Positions 8,987 to 19,790 of a stretch of DNA of 64,000 nt are shown in pieces; position 1 is the first letter of the stretch, and every line of letters starts with the position of its first letter. Below the pieces are notes generated by a model, which was not told the DNA's origin, ran no database searches, and saw only the letters and a program-made list of their open reading frames with translations. Where the stretch lies: assembly GCF_024223415.1 (NCBI RefSeq), contig NZ_CP100500.1; one strand, given 5' to 3'. The DNA comes from Escherichia coli. GTDB taxonomy: Bacteria; Pseudomonadota; Gammaproteobacteria; Enterobacterales; Enterobacteriaceae. A program made the position numbers and the translations under genes.

Positions 8987-10909
8987 GCCAGGGCCAACGG
9001 CCTGGAGGAAACCATCCTCAACAGCCGGGACGCCGCAGGCCGCCTGGCAGAAGTCATCTCGCCGGAAGGCAAAACGCAGTATGCGTATGACAAATCCGGC
9101 AGGCTGACGGGTATCTTCAGCCCGGACGGTACATCACAGCGCACCGGCTATGATGAACGCGGGCGGGTGAATGTCACCACTCAGGGCCGACGGGCCATTG
9201 AATACCACTACCCCGATGAACACACCGTCATCCGCTGTATCCTGCCACCGGAAGATGAACGCGACAGACACCCCGATGAATCCCTGCTGAAAACCACATA
9301 CCGCTACAACACCGCCGGAGAACTGACGGAGGTCATTCTGCCGGGGGATGAGACGCTGACGTTCAGCCGTGATGAGGCGGGACGTGAAGTGTTCCGGCAC
9401 AGTAACCGGGGTTTTGCCTGTGAGCAGGGCTGGAATGCAGCCAGCCAGCTTGTCACCCAGCGCGCCGGATTTTTCCCGGAGGAAACCACATGGGGCGGGC
9501 TGCTCCCCTCACTGGTACGGGAGTACCGTTACGACAGCGCGGGCAATGTGTCGGCTGTCACCAGCCGGGAAGATTACGGACGGGAAACACGGCGGGAATA
9601 CCGGCTGGACCGGAACGGCCATGTCACGGCGGTGACAGCCTCAGGCACCGGGCTGGGCTATGGCGAAGGCGATGAGTCCTATGGCTATGACAGCTGCGGC
9701 TACCTGAAGGCGCAGTCTGCGGGCAGGCACCGGATAAGTGAAGAGACTGACCAGTATGCCGGAGGCCACCGGCTGAAACAGGCCGGAAACACGCAGTATG
9801 ACTATGACGCCGCAGGCCGGATGGTCAGCCGGACAAAACACCGTGACGGCTACCGCCCGGAAACAGAGCGGTTCCGGTGGGACAGCCGGGACCAGCTGAC
9901 CGGGTATTGCAGCGCACAGGGTGAGCAGTGGGAATACCGCCACGACGCCAGCGGCAGACGGACGGAAAAACGCTGTGACCGGAAGAAAATCCGTTTTACG
10001 TACCTGTGGGACGGCGACAGTATTGCGGAAATCCGGGAATACCGCGATGATGAACTGTACAGCGTACGGCACCAGGTGTTTAACGGCTTTGAGCTGATAA
10101 GCCAGCAGTTCAGCCGGGTACGGCAGCCGCACCCGTCCGTGGCCCCGCAGTGGGTGACGCGGACGAATCACGCGGTGAGCGACCCGACGGGCCGCCCGCT
10201 GATGCTCTTTAACAGTGAAGGCAAGACGGTCTGGCGGCCGGGGCAGACCAGCCTGTGGGGGCTGGCACTCAGCCTGCCCGCAGACACCGACGACCCGGAC
10301 CCGCGCGGGGAACTGGACGCGGAAGCCGACCCCGGCCTGCTGTATGCAGGACAGTGGCGGGATGGGGAATCCGGGCTGTGCTATAACCGGTTCAGGTACT
10401 ACGAGCCGGAAACCGGAATGTACCTGGTGAGTGATCCACTGGGGTTGCTGGGGGGTGAGCAGACTTACCGGTATGTGCCTAATCCACTGGGTTGGATTGA
10501 CCAGTATGGACTTGCTGGTTGCCCCAGAGCTCTGGCAAGGGCAATGAAACGGGCTAACAGAAACCTAGCTAAGAGTGCCGGATACATGAATCGAGCTTGG
10601 TATAAATTCAAAGGTTCTGCCGCCCATCATATTGTTGCTTGGGATGACCCCCGTGCTTTAGGCGCAAGAAAAATTCTGGAAAAATATGGTATACACATTG
10701 ATTCCGCAGAAAATGGAATATTTTTGAAACATGTAGATCCAAACTCTCTTCAGCCAGGATCTTATCATCGTGTTATTCATACGAACAAATATTATGCTGA
10801 TGTTGAGGCACGACTCGCAGACGCAGCTAAGGCTAATGGGAAACAAGGTGTTCTTGATGAGTTAGATGCTATCAGGGATGACCTGCTTTTTAATAGACTA
10901 ATTTATTAA
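8987..10909 (+). CDS. orphan Rhs C-terminal cassette (core 3' fragment plus alternative toxin domain with AHH nuclease motif)
   Basis: DNA ~8987-10485 is a near-duplicate of main rhs ~6598-8097; after the DPLGL motif the tail differs and contains SAAHHIVAWDD; lacks N-terminus (first ATG at 9167), so may be silent. Confidence 0.7.
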   Translation, partial: ARANGLEETILNSRDAAGRLAEVISPEGKTQYAYDKSGRLTGIFSPDGTSQRTGYDERGRVNVTTQGRRAIEYHYPDEHTVIRCILPPEDERDRHPDESLLKTTYRYNTAGELTEVILPGDETLTFSRDEAGREVFRHSNRGFACEQGWNAASQLVTQRAGFFPEETTWGGLLPSLVREYRYDSAGNVSAVTSREDYGRETRREYRLDRNGHVTAVTASGTGLGYGEGDESYGYDSCGYLKAQSAGRHRISEETDQYAGGHRLKQAGNTQYDYDAAGRMVSRTKHRDGYRPETERFRWDSRDQLTGYCSAQGEQWEYRHDASGRRTEKRCDRKKIRFTYLWDGDSIAEIREYRDDELYSVRHQVFNGFELISQQFSRVRQPHPSVAPQWVTRTNHAVSDPTGRPLMLFNSEGKTVWRPGQTSLWGLALSLPADTDDPDPRGELDAEADPGLLYAGQWRDGESGLCYNRFRYYEPETGMYLVSDPLGLLGGEQTYRYVPNPLGWIDQYGLAGCPRALARAMKRANRNLAKSAGYMNRAWYKFKGSAAHHIVAWDDPRALGARKILEKYGIHIDSAENGIFLKHVDPNSLQPGSYHRVIHTNKYYADVEARLADAAKANGKQGVLDELDAIRDDLLFNRLIY

Positions 10910-10922
10910 TAAGGGCATAGTA

Positions 10923-11456
10923 ATGAATGTTTATTTAATTCGGCATGATGTGGACAACTTCAAGTTTTACTTGCAAGACGAGAGTGACTTTCTTTCAGTT
11001 GCTGCTTTTGATTTTTGTGGAGAGTCTCTATTTAATGGATGGAAACCATACAAAATAGAGCTATTTAAAGGAAAAACTAAAGCTGAGAAATCATTAAACG
11101 GGGATTTTAATTCATCATGTTTTAGTCCAGGATTATTATACGTCGAACATTCTCTCGCAGATGTATTATCTCGTCAGGCAAATGATATTGAGTTATTAAA
11201 AGTAATCACCAGTGATGATCGTGATTTTTATTATGCAAACGTGGTAGGGAAAATACCAGCCTTACATTATAACAACAGACAAGAGCTACAAATTATGAGT
11301 AGAACACAAGAATATAAATTCAATAACTCCATAAATGAAATGTTAATATTTCGTGATAAAACATTACCTTCAAACTATTTTGTTACAGATCGTTTTGTGG
11401 ATATTTTTCAGAATGATTTTCGTGGGGTAATTTTTAAAAAAGTTGGTGAGATATAA
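10923..11456 (+). CDS. putative immunity protein for the orphan Rhs-CT
   Basis: 177 aa, AT-rich, immediately downstream of orphan toxin stop; assigned by position. Confidence 0.5.
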   Translation: MNVYLIRHDVDNFKFYLQDESDFLSVAAFDFCGESLFNGWKPYKIELFKGKTKAEKSLNGDFNSSCFSPGLLYVEHSLADVLSRQANDIELLKVITSDDRDFYYANVVGKIPALHYNNRQELQIMSRTQEYKFNNSINEMLIFRDKTLPSNYFVTDRFVDIFQNDFRGVIFKKVGEI

Positions 11457-11482
11457 CTTAATGCATTGAACATCTAACCCGT

Positions 11483-12015
11483 ACCGCTATGACCGCCACG
11501 GTAACCTGCTGGCGTACACGGACGGTAACGGCGTTGTCTGGACGATGGAATACGGCCCGTTCGATTTGCCGGTCGCGCGAACGGACGGTGAAGGCCACCG
11601 CTGGTGGTACCGCTACGATAAAGACACGCTGCAACTGACAGAAGTCATCAACCCGCAGGGTGAGTCATATCTTTATGTTCTGGATAACTGTGGCCGGGTG
11701 ACGGAAGAGCGTGACTGGGGCGGCGTGGTCTGGCGTTACCGCTATGACGCCGATGGCCTCTGTACCGCCAGGGTCAACGGACTGGAGGAAACCATCCTCT
11801 ACAGCCGGGACGCTGCAGGGCGCCTGGCAGAAGTCATCACGCCGGAAGGGAAAACGCAGTATGCGTATGACAAATCCGGCAGGCTGACGGGTATCTTCAG
11901 CCCGGACGGCATATCACAGCGCACCGGCTATGACGAACGCGGGCGGGTGAATGTCACCACTCAGGGCCGACGGGCAGGGAAAGATCATCAGAAGTTCACT
12001 TTTTGTACTAAATAA
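11483..12015 (+). pseudogene. truncated rhs core fragment
   Basis: ~11483-11975 duplicates main rhs ~6316-6807, then diverges into a short tail before a stop; no toxin domain; abuts the H-repeat element. Confidence 0.7.
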
Positions 12016-13400
12016 TTCGCATTTTATGTTTAAAAATTGAGATATTCCTCATTATCCGAAGCTGTTTTTTATTGCTTATACATGATCAAATACTCCTTAC
12101 ATAATTAAGGAGAACAAAATGGAACTTAAAAAATTGATGGAACATATTTCTATTATCCCCGATTACAGACAAGCCTGGAAAGTGGAACATAAATTATCAG
12201 ATATTCTACTGTGGACTATTTGTGCCGTTATTTCTGGTGCAGAAGGTTGGGAAGATATAGAGGATTTTGGGGAAACACATCTCGATTTTTTGAAGCAATA
12301 TGGTGATTTTGAAAATGGTATTCCTGTTCACGATACCATTGCCAGAGTTGTATCCTGTATCAGTCCTGCAAAATTTCACGAGTGCTTTATTAACTGGATG
12401 CGTGACTGCCATTCTTCAGATGATAAAGACGTCATTGCAATTGATGGAATAACGCTCCGGCACTCTTATGATAAGAGTCGTCGCAGGGGAGCGATTCATG
12501 TCATTAGTGCGTTCTCAACAATGCACAGTCTGGTCCTCGGACAGATCAGGACGGATGAGAAATCTAATGAGATTACAGCTATTCCTGAACTTCTTAACAT
12601 GATGGATATTAAAGGAAAAATCATCACAACTGATGCGATGGGTTGCCAGAAAGATATTGCAGAAAAGATACAAAAACAGGGAGGGGATTATTTATTCGCT
12701 GTAAAGGGAAATCAGGGGCGACTAAATAAAGCCTTTGAGGAAAAATTCCCGCTGAAAGAATTAAATAATCCAGAGCATGACAGTTACGCAATCAGTGAAA
12801 AGAGTCACGGCAGAGAAGAAATCCGTCTTCATATTGTTTACGATGTCCCTGATGAACTTATTGATTTCACGTTTGAATGGAAAGGGCTGAAGAAATTATG
12901 CGTGGCAGTCTCCTTTCGGTCCATAATAGCAGAACAAAAGAAAGAGCCAAAAATGACGGTCAGATATTATATCAGTTCTGCTGATTTAACCGCAGAGAAG
13001 TTCGCCACAGCAATCCGAAACCACTGGCACGTGGAGAATAAGCTGCACTGGCGTCTGGACGTGGTAATGAATGAAGACGACTGCAAAATAAGAAGAGGAA
13101 ATGCAGCAGAATTATTTTCAGGGATACGGCACATTGCTATTAATATTTTGACGAATGATAAGGTATTCAAGGCAGGGTTAAGACGTAAGATGCGAAAAGC
13201 AGCCATGGACAGAAACTATCTGGCGTCAGTCCTTGCGGGGAGCGGGCTTTCGTAATCTTGCCCTGCCTGCTCACCTCCAGGCACTTCCACTACATCATGA
13301 CCTGATCGGTGCCACCACTCCTCTTCACTATGACGTTAACCTCCCCTCCTTGACACCACGCTTTTGTCTACATTCTACGCAAACGGCAACTTTTATAACC
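11976..13400 (+). mobile_element. H-repeat (ISAs1-family) insertion element; boundaries approximate
   Basis: Homology to rhs ends at ~11975; contains the transposase ORF; right end not resolved by eye. Confidence 0.45.
12119..13255 (+). CDS. ISAs1-family transposase (H-repeat-associated protein)
   Basis: 378 aa; classic H-rpt protein sequence ([31 protein letters not shown]...); known association with Rhs elements. Confidence 0.9.
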   Translation: MELKKLMEHISIIPDYRQAWKVEHKLSDILLWTICAVISGAEGWEDIEDFGETHLDFLKQYGDFENGIPVHDTIARVVSCISPAKFHECFINWMRDCHSSDDKDVIAIDGITLRHSYDKSRRRGAIHVISAFSTMHSLVLGQIRTDEKSNEITAIPELLNMMDIKGKIITTDAMGCQKDIAEKIQKQGGDYLFAVKGNQGRLNKAFEEKFPLKELNNPEHDSYAISEKSHGREEIRLHIVYDVPDELIDFTFEWKGLKKLCVAVSFRSIIAEQKKEPKMTVRYYISSADLTAEKFATAIRNHWHVENKLHWRLDVVMNEDDCKIRRGNAAELFSGIRHIAINILTNDKVFKAGLRRKMRKAAMDRNYLASVLAGSGLS

Positions 13401-13520
13401 AGTGTAAAAATAACGTGCCGCAATAGTCATACCTATTAATGGTAAAAAGCTGTCACAATTCATAAAAAACCTTAATATACGCCACCCTAAACATAACCAG
13501 CGTTAATGTAAGGTTTTTGT

Positions 13521-15758
13521 GTGGACTGGCTTCTTGATGTTTTTGCTACCTGGCTCTACGGCTTAAAAGTAATCGCGATAACGTTAGCGGTCATCATGTT
13601 CATCAGCGGGCTGGACGATTTTTTTATTGATGTCGTCTACTGGGTACGCCGCATTAAACGCAAGTTGAGTGTTTATCGCCGCTACCCGCGAATGAGTTAC
13701 CGCGAACTGTATAAACCAGATGAAAAACCGTTAGCGATTATGGTTCCGGCGTGGAATGAAACGGGCGTCATCGGCAATATGGCCGAGCTGGCGGCGACCA
13801 CGCTCGACTACGAAAACTATCATATCTTTGTTGGCACCTACCCCAACGACCCGGACACTCAGCGTGATGTTGACGAAGTGTGCGCTCGCTTCCCGAATGT
13901 GCATAAGGTAGTCTGCGCGCGTCCTGGCCCCACCAGCAAAGCCGACTGTCTGAACAACGTGCTGGACGCCATCACCCAGTTTGAGCGTAGCGCCAATTTC
14001 GCATTTGCTGGTTTTATTCTGCATGACGCCGAAGATGTGATTTCACCGATGGAGTTGCGTCTGTTCAACTATCTGGTCGAGCGTAAAGATCTGATTCAGA
14101 TCCCGGTATACCCATTCGAACGCGAATGGACGCACTTCACCAGCATGACTTACATTGATGAGTTTTCAGAACTGCATGGCAAAGATGTTCCGGTGCGTGA
14201 AGCCCTCGCCGGACAAGTACCCAGCGCAGGCGTCGGCACCTGTTTCAGCCGCCGCGCCGTGACCGCTCTGTTAGCTGATGGTGACGGTATTGCTTTCGAC
14301 GTGCAAAGTCTTACTGAAGATTACGACATTGGCTTCCGCCTGAAAGAAAAAGGTATGACGGAAATTTTTGTCCGTTTTCCGGTGGTGGATGAAGCCAAAG
14401 AACGCGAGCAGCGTAAATTTTTACAGCACGCACGGACGTCAAACATGATCTGCGTGCGCGAATATTTCCCCGATACCTTTTCGACTGCGGTTCGACAAAA
14501 ATCCCGCTGGATCATCGGCATTGTTTTCCAGGGCTTTAAAACCCATAAATGGACCTCCAGCCTGACGCTGAACTACTTTCTCTGGCGCGACCGCAAAGGG
14601 GCAATCAGTAACTTTGTCAGCTTCCTCGCGATGCTGGTGATGATCCAGCTTTTGCTGTTGCTGGCGTATGAAAGTTTGTGGCCCGATGCCTGGCATTTCC
14701 TTTCTATTTTTAGCGGCAGCGCATGGTTAATGACCCTGCTGTGGCTAAACTTTGGCTTGATGGTTAACCGCATCGTGCAGCGGGTGATTTTCGTCACTGG
14801 CTACTACGGCCTCACGCAGGGGCTACTATCTGTCCTGCGTCTTTTCTGGGGCAACCTGATTAACTTCATGGCCAACTGGCGCGCGTTAAAACAGGTACTT
14901 CAACACGGCGATCCACGTCGCGTCGCGTGGGATAAAACAACGCATGACTTCCCCAGCGTCACTGGCGATACCCGCTCGTTGCGCCCGTTAGGTCAAATTC
15001 TGCTGGAAAATCAGGTCATCACTGAAGAACAGCTCGATACAGCACTGCGTAATCGCGTCGAAGGTCTACGCCTGGGCGGTTCAATGCTGATGCAGGGGCT
15101 GATTAGCGCCGAGCAGCTGGCACAGGCGCTGGCAGAGCAAAACGGCGTGGCGTGGGAATCCATCGATGCCTGGCAGATCCCGTCCTCGCTGATTGCCGAA
15201 ATGCCGGCCTCCGTGGCGCTGCATTATGCGGTACTGCCGCTGCGTCTGGAAAATGATGAGTTAATTGTCGGCAGTGAAGATGGTATTGACCCGGTTTCGC
15301 TGGCGGCCCTGACGCGTAAAGTCGGACGCAAAGTGCGTTACGTCATTGTTCTGCGGGGACAAATTGTCACGGGGTTACGTCACTGGTATGCACGCCGACG
15401 CGGTCACGATCCGCGGGCAATGTTGTACAATGCGGTTCAGCATCAGTGGCTCACGGAACAGCAGGCCGGTGAAATCTGGCGGCAATATGTGCCGCATCAG
15501 TTCCTGTTCGCCGAAATACTGACCACGCTCGGTCATATTAATCGTTCAGCAATTAACGTGTTGTTATTGCGCCATGAACGCAGTTCTCTGCCGCTCGGCA
15601 AGTTTTTGGTCACCGAAGGCGTTATCAGCCAGGAAACGTTGGATCGCGTCCTGACAATTCAACGCGAATTACAAGTTTCGATGCAATCACTATTACTCAA
15701 AGCAGGTTTAAACACAGAACAGGTTGCGCAACTGGAGTCCGAAAATGAAGGAGAATAA
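13521..15758 (+). CDS. nfrB: glycosyltransferase NfrB (phage N4 adsorption protein B)
   Basis: 745 aa, GTG start; family-2 glycosyltransferase with N-terminal membrane helices; synteny with nfrA. Confidence 0.9.
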   Translation: MDWLLDVFATWLYGLKVIAITLAVIMFISGLDDFFIDVVYWVRRIKRKLSVYRRYPRMSYRELYKPDEKPLAIMVPAWNETGVIGNMAELAATTLDYENYHIFVGTYPNDPDTQRDVDEVCARFPNVHKVVCARPGPTSKADCLNNVLDAITQFERSANFAFAGFILHDAEDVISPMELRLFNYLVERKDLIQIPVYPFEREWTHFTSMTYIDEFSELHGKDVPVREALAGQVPSAGVGTCFSRRAVTALLADGDGIAFDVQSLTEDYDIGFRLKEKGMTEIFVRFPVVDEAKEREQRKFLQHARTSNMICVREYFPDTFSTAVRQKSRWIIGIVFQGFKTHKWTSSLTLNYFLWRDRKGAISNFVSFLAMLVMIQLLLLLAYESLWPDAWHFLSIFSGSAWLMTLLWLNFGLMVNRIVQRVIFVTGYYGLTQGLLSVLRLFWGNLINFMANWRALKQVLQHGDPRRVAWDKTTHDFPSVTGDTRSLRPLGQILLENQVITEEQLDTALRNRVEGLRLGGSMLMQGLISAEQLAQALAEQNGVAWESIDAWQIPSSLIAEMPASVALHYAVLPLRLENDELIVGSEDGIDPVSLAALTRKVGRKVRYVIVLRGQIVTGLRHWYARRRGHDPRAMLYNAVQHQWLTEQQAGEIWRQYVPHQFLFAEILTTLGHINRSAINVLLLRHERSSLPLGKFLVTEGVISQETLDRVLTIQRELQVSMQSLLLKAGLNTEQVAQLESENEGE

Positions 15759-18717
15759 CCTTAATCGCGTCATCGGATGGTCTGGTTTACTGCTGACGTC
15801 TTTATTGAGTACCAGCGCACTCGCAGACAATATCGGCACCAGCGCAGAAGAGCTGGGGCTGAGCGATTATCGCCATTTTGTTATTTATCCCCGTCTCGAT
15901 AAGGCGCTGAAGGCACAGAAAAATAACGACGAAGCAACCGCCATCCGCGAATTTGAATATATACACCAGCAGGTGCCGGATAATATTCCGCTGACTTTAT
16001 ACCTTGCGGAAGCCTATCGCCATTTTGGTCATGATGACCGGGCGCGGCTGTTGCTTGAGGATCAACTGAAACGTCACCCAGGAGATGCCCGACTTGAGCG
16101 CAGTCTGGCGGCTATTCCAGTTGAAGTGAAAAGCGTTACGACAGTTGAAGAACTGCTTGCCCAGCAAAAAGCGTGCGATGCTGCGCCGACCCTGCGTTGT
16201 CGCAGTGAAGTCGGGCAGAATGCCCTGCGGCTGGCACAGTTACCTGTCGCCAGAGCGCAACTGAACGATGCGACGTTTGCTGCATCGCCGGAAGGAAAAA
16301 CGCTGCGAACCGATCTGCTGCAACGGGCAATCTACCTGAAACAATGGTCCCAGGCAGATACGCTATACAATGAAGCACGCCAGCAGAACACATTAAGCGC
16401 GGCAGAACGCCGTCAGTGGTTTGACGTGCTTCTTGCCGGGCAGCTGGACGATCGGATCCTGGCGCTGCAATCACAGGGGATCTTCACTGATCCTCAGTCA
16501 TATATTACTTACGCGACCGCGCTGGCTTATCGTGGCGAAAAAGCACGCCTCCAGCATTATCTCATTGAAAATAAGCCGCTGTTTACCACGGACGCACAAG
16601 AGAAAAGTTGGCTCTATCTGTTATCTAAATACAGCGCCAACCCCGTTCAGGCATTGGCGAATTATACGGTGCAGTTTGCCGATAACCGCCAGTATGTTGT
16701 TGGCGCGACGCTACCGGTGCTGTTAAAAGAAGGTCAGTACGACGCAGCGCAAAAACTGCTCGCCACCCTCCCCGCCAATGAAATGCTTGAGGAGCGTTAT
16801 GCTGTCAGCGTGGCGACCCGTAACAAGGCTGAAGCTCTGCGTCTGGCACGCTTGCTGTATCAGCAAGAACCGGCAAATCTTACCCGCCTGGATCAACTGA
16901 CCTGGCAACTGATGCAGAACGAGCAGTCACGCGAAGCTGCCGATTTATTGCTGCAACGCTATCCTTTCCAGGGCGATGCGCGTGTCAGCCAGACTTTAAT
17001 GGCGCGACTGGCGTCTCTTCTGGAAAGTCATCCTTACCTGGCAACTCCAGCGAAGGTGGCGATTTTATCGAAACCCTTACCGCTGGCGGAGCAACGTCAG
17101 TGGCAAAGTCAGTTGCCGGGTATTGCAGATAATTGCCCGGCAATAGTTCGCTTGCTGGGCGATATGTCGCCTTCCTACGATGCTGCCGCCTGGAACCGTC
17201 TGGCAAAGTGTTATCGGGATACGCTACCCGGTGTGGCGTTGTATGCATGGCTTCAGGCCGAACAACGACAACCGAACGCCTGGCAACATCGTGCGGTAGC
17301 CTATCAGGCGTATCAGGTTGAGGACTACGCCACCGCACTGGCGGCCTGGCAGAAAATCAGTCTTCACGACATGAGCAATGAGGATCTGCTTGCTGCTGCC
17401 AATACCGCCCAGGCGGCAGGAAATGGTGCGGCTCGCGATCGCTGGTTACAACAGGCAGAACAACGTGGACTGGGAAACAATGCCCTCTACTGGTGGCTGC
17501 ATGCGCAACGTTACATTCCTGGTCAGCCGGAACTCGCACTGAACGATCTCACGCGCTCAATCAATATTGCGCCTTCTGCCAACGCTTACGTTGCGCGGGC
17601 GACAATTTATCGCCAACGTCATAATGTCCCGGCCGCGGTGAGTGATTTGCGCGCCGCGCTGGAACTGGAACCGAATAATAGCAACACCCAGGCAGCGCTT
17701 GGTTACGCCTTGTGGGATAGCGGTGATATCGCACAGTCGCGGGAAATGCTCGAACAGGCGCATAAAGGGCTACCGGACGATCCGGCACTGATCCGACAAC
17801 TGGCCTATGTGAACCAGCGTCTGGATGACATGCCTGCGACGCAGCACTACGCCCGGCTGGTGATTGATGACATTGATAATCAGGCGCTGATAACCCCACT
17901 CACCCCAGAGCAAAATCAGCAACGCTTCAATTTCCGCCGTCTGCATGAGGAGGTCGGTCGCCGCTGGACGTTCAGTTTCGATTCTTCCATCGGCTTGCGT
18001 TCCGGCGCAATGAGTACCGCTAACAATAATGTCGGCGGCGCAGCGCCAGGGAAAAGCTATCGTAGCTACGGACAACTGGAAGCCGAGTACCGCATCGGAC
18101 GCAATATGCTGCTGGAAGGCGACCTGCTCTCAGTCTATAGCCGCGTCTTTGCCGATACCGGAGAAAACGGGGTGATGATGCCGGTGAAAAATCCGATGTC
18201 CGGCACCGGTCTGCGCTGGAAGCCGCTGCGCGATCAGATCTTTTTCCTCGCCGTCGAACAGCAGTTGCCGCTGAACGGGCAAAATGGCGCATCCGATACA
18301 ATGCTGCGCGCCAGCGCCTCATTCTTTAATGGCGGCAAATACAGCGACGAATGGCACCCGAACGGTTCAGGCTGGTTTGCCCAAAACCTGTACCTCGATG
18401 CGGCGCAATATATCCGCCAGGATATTCAGGCGTGGACGGCAGATTATCGCGTCAGCTGGCATCAGAAGGTAGCTAACGGACAGACTATTGAGCCTTACGC
18501 TCACGTTCAGGACAACGGCTATCGTGATAAAGGCACTCAGGGCGCGCAGCTTGGCGGTGTCGGGGTCCGCTGGAATATTTGGACCGGCGAGACGCACTAC
18601 GACGCCTGGCCGCACAAAGTCAGTCTCGGCGTCGAGTATCAACATACCTTTAAGGCGATTAATCAACGTAACGGAGAGCGCAACAACGCGTTTCTCACCA
18701 TTGGAGTGCACTGGTAA
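15745..18717 (+). CDS. nfrA: outer membrane TPR protein NfrA
   Basis: 990 aa from ATG at 15745 (MKENNLNRVIGWSGLLL, signal peptide); track ORF starts 15724; overlaps nfrB end. Confidence 0.9.
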   Translation: MKENNLNRVIGWSGLLLTSLLSTSALADNIGTSAEELGLSDYRHFVIYPRLDKALKAQKNNDEATAIREFEYIHQQVPDNIPLTLYLAEAYRHFGHDDRARLLLEDQLKRHPGDARLERSLAAIPVEVKSVTTVEELLAQQKACDAAPTLRCRSEVGQNALRLAQLPVARAQLNDATFAASPEGKTLRTDLLQRAIYLKQWSQADTLYNEARQQNTLSAAERRQWFDVLLAGQLDDRILALQSQGIFTDPQSYITYATALAYRGEKARLQHYLIENKPLFTTDAQEKSWLYLLSKYSANPVQALANYTVQFADNRQYVVGATLPVLLKEGQYDAAQKLLATLPANEMLEERYAVSVATRNKAEALRLARLLYQQEPANLTRLDQLTWQLMQNEQSREAADLLLQRYPFQGDARVSQTLMARLASLLESHPYLATPAKVAILSKPLPLAEQRQWQSQLPGIADNCPAIVRLLGDMSPSYDAAAWNRLAKCYRDTLPGVALYAWLQAEQRQPNAWQHRAVAYQAYQVEDYATALAAWQKISLHDMSNEDLLAAANTAQAAGNGAARDRWLQQAEQRGLGNNALYWWLHAQRYIPGQPELALNDLTRSINIAPSANAYVARATIYRQRHNVPAAVSDLRAALELEPNNSNTQAALGYALWDSGDIAQSREMLEQAHKGLPDDPALIRQLAYVNQRLDDMPATQHYARLVIDDIDNQALITPLTPEQNQQRFNFRRLHEEVGRRWTFSFDSSIGLRSGAMSTANNNVGGAAPGKSYRSYGQLEAEYRIGRNMLLEGDLLSVYSRVFADTGENGVMMPVKNPMSGTGLRWKPLRDQIFFLAVEQQLPLNGQNGASDTMLRASASFFNGGKYSDEWHPNGSGWFAQNLYLDAAQYIRQDIQAWTADYRVSWHQKVANGQTIEPYAHVQDNGYRDKGTQGAQLGGVGVRWNIWTGETHYDAWPHKVSLGVEYQHTFKAINQRNGERNNAFLTIGVHW

Positions 18718-19608
18718 ATGCGTAAGTTCATTTTCGTATTGCTGACACTGCTTTTGGTCAGCCCTTTTTCCTTTGCGATGAAAGGTATTATCTGGCAACC
18801 ACAAAACCGAGATAGTCAGGTTACCGATACCCAGTGGCAGGGGCTGATGAGTCAGTTACGTTTGCAAGGCTTCGATACCCTGGTTTTGCAATGGACCCGT
18901 TACGGCGATGCATTTACCCAGCCAGAACAGCGCACGTTATTGTTTAAGCGGGCCGCAGCTGCGCAACAGGCTGGTCTGAAGCTGATTGTCGGGCTGAACG
19001 CCGATCCGGAATTTTTTATGCACCAGAAACAGTCGTCCGCAGCGCTGGAAAGCTATCTTAATCGCCTGCTGGCTGCCGATCTCCAGCAAGCCAGATTATG
19101 GAGCGCCGTACCTGGCGTAACGCCGGATGGCTGGTACATCAGCGCGGAAATTGACGACCTGAACTGGCGCAGCGAAGCCGCCCGTCAGCCTTTGCTAACA
19201 TGGTTAAACAACGCGCAGCGGCTGATTAGCGATGTTTCAGCAAAACCGGTTTATATCAGTAGTTTTTTCGCCGGAAACATGTCGCCAGATGGCTATCGCC
19301 AACTGCTGGAACACGTTAAAGCAACCGGCGTTAATGTCTGGGTACAGGATGGCAGCGGCGTGGATAAACTTACCGCTGAACAGCGTGAACGTTATCTACA
19401 GGCCAGCGCCGATTGCCAAAGCTCCGCCCCAGCAAGCGGCATTGTTTATGAACTGTTTGTCGCCGGCAAAGGCAAAACCTTTACAGCGAAACCGAAACCG
19501 GACGCAGAAATTGCCTCGCTGTTAGCGAAACGTTCCTCTTGCGGTAAAGACACTCTCTATTTCTCTCTGCGCTATTTGCCCGTCGCGCACGGCATTCTCG
19601 AGTATTAA
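18718..19608 (+). CDS. ybcH: YbcH-family periplasmic protein
   Basis: 296 aa with signal peptide; start abuts nfrA stop; K-12 synteny. Confidence 0.85.
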   Translation: MRKFIFVLLTLLLVSPFSFAMKGIIWQPQNRDSQVTDTQWQGLMSQLRLQGFDTLVLQWTRYGDAFTQPEQRTLLFKRAAAAQQAGLKLIVGLNADPEFFMHQKQSSAALESYLNRLLAADLQQARLWSAVPGVTPDGWYISAEIDDLNWRSEAARQPLLTWLNNAQRLISDVSAKPVYISSFFAGNMSPDGYRQLLEHVKATGVNVWVQDGSGVDKLTAEQRERYLQASADCQSSAPASGIVYELFVAGKGKTFTAKPKPDAEIASLLAKRSSCGKDTLYFSLRYLPVAHGILEY

Positions 19609-19790
19609 ATCTCCTCCAGGTAAGTCGGGTACGACCTGGCTTACCTCTTTCGCTCTCGTCAGAATTCCATCAAGATTAATTGCTAAAAAGCGTGCTAAAG
19701 AAAGAAGATCGTTATCGGCGAACGGGCCGATCACTCATGCAGGAAGCATAGATCCTTTGAGCGGAGTTTCTGATATCTGAGGAGTGCGAA

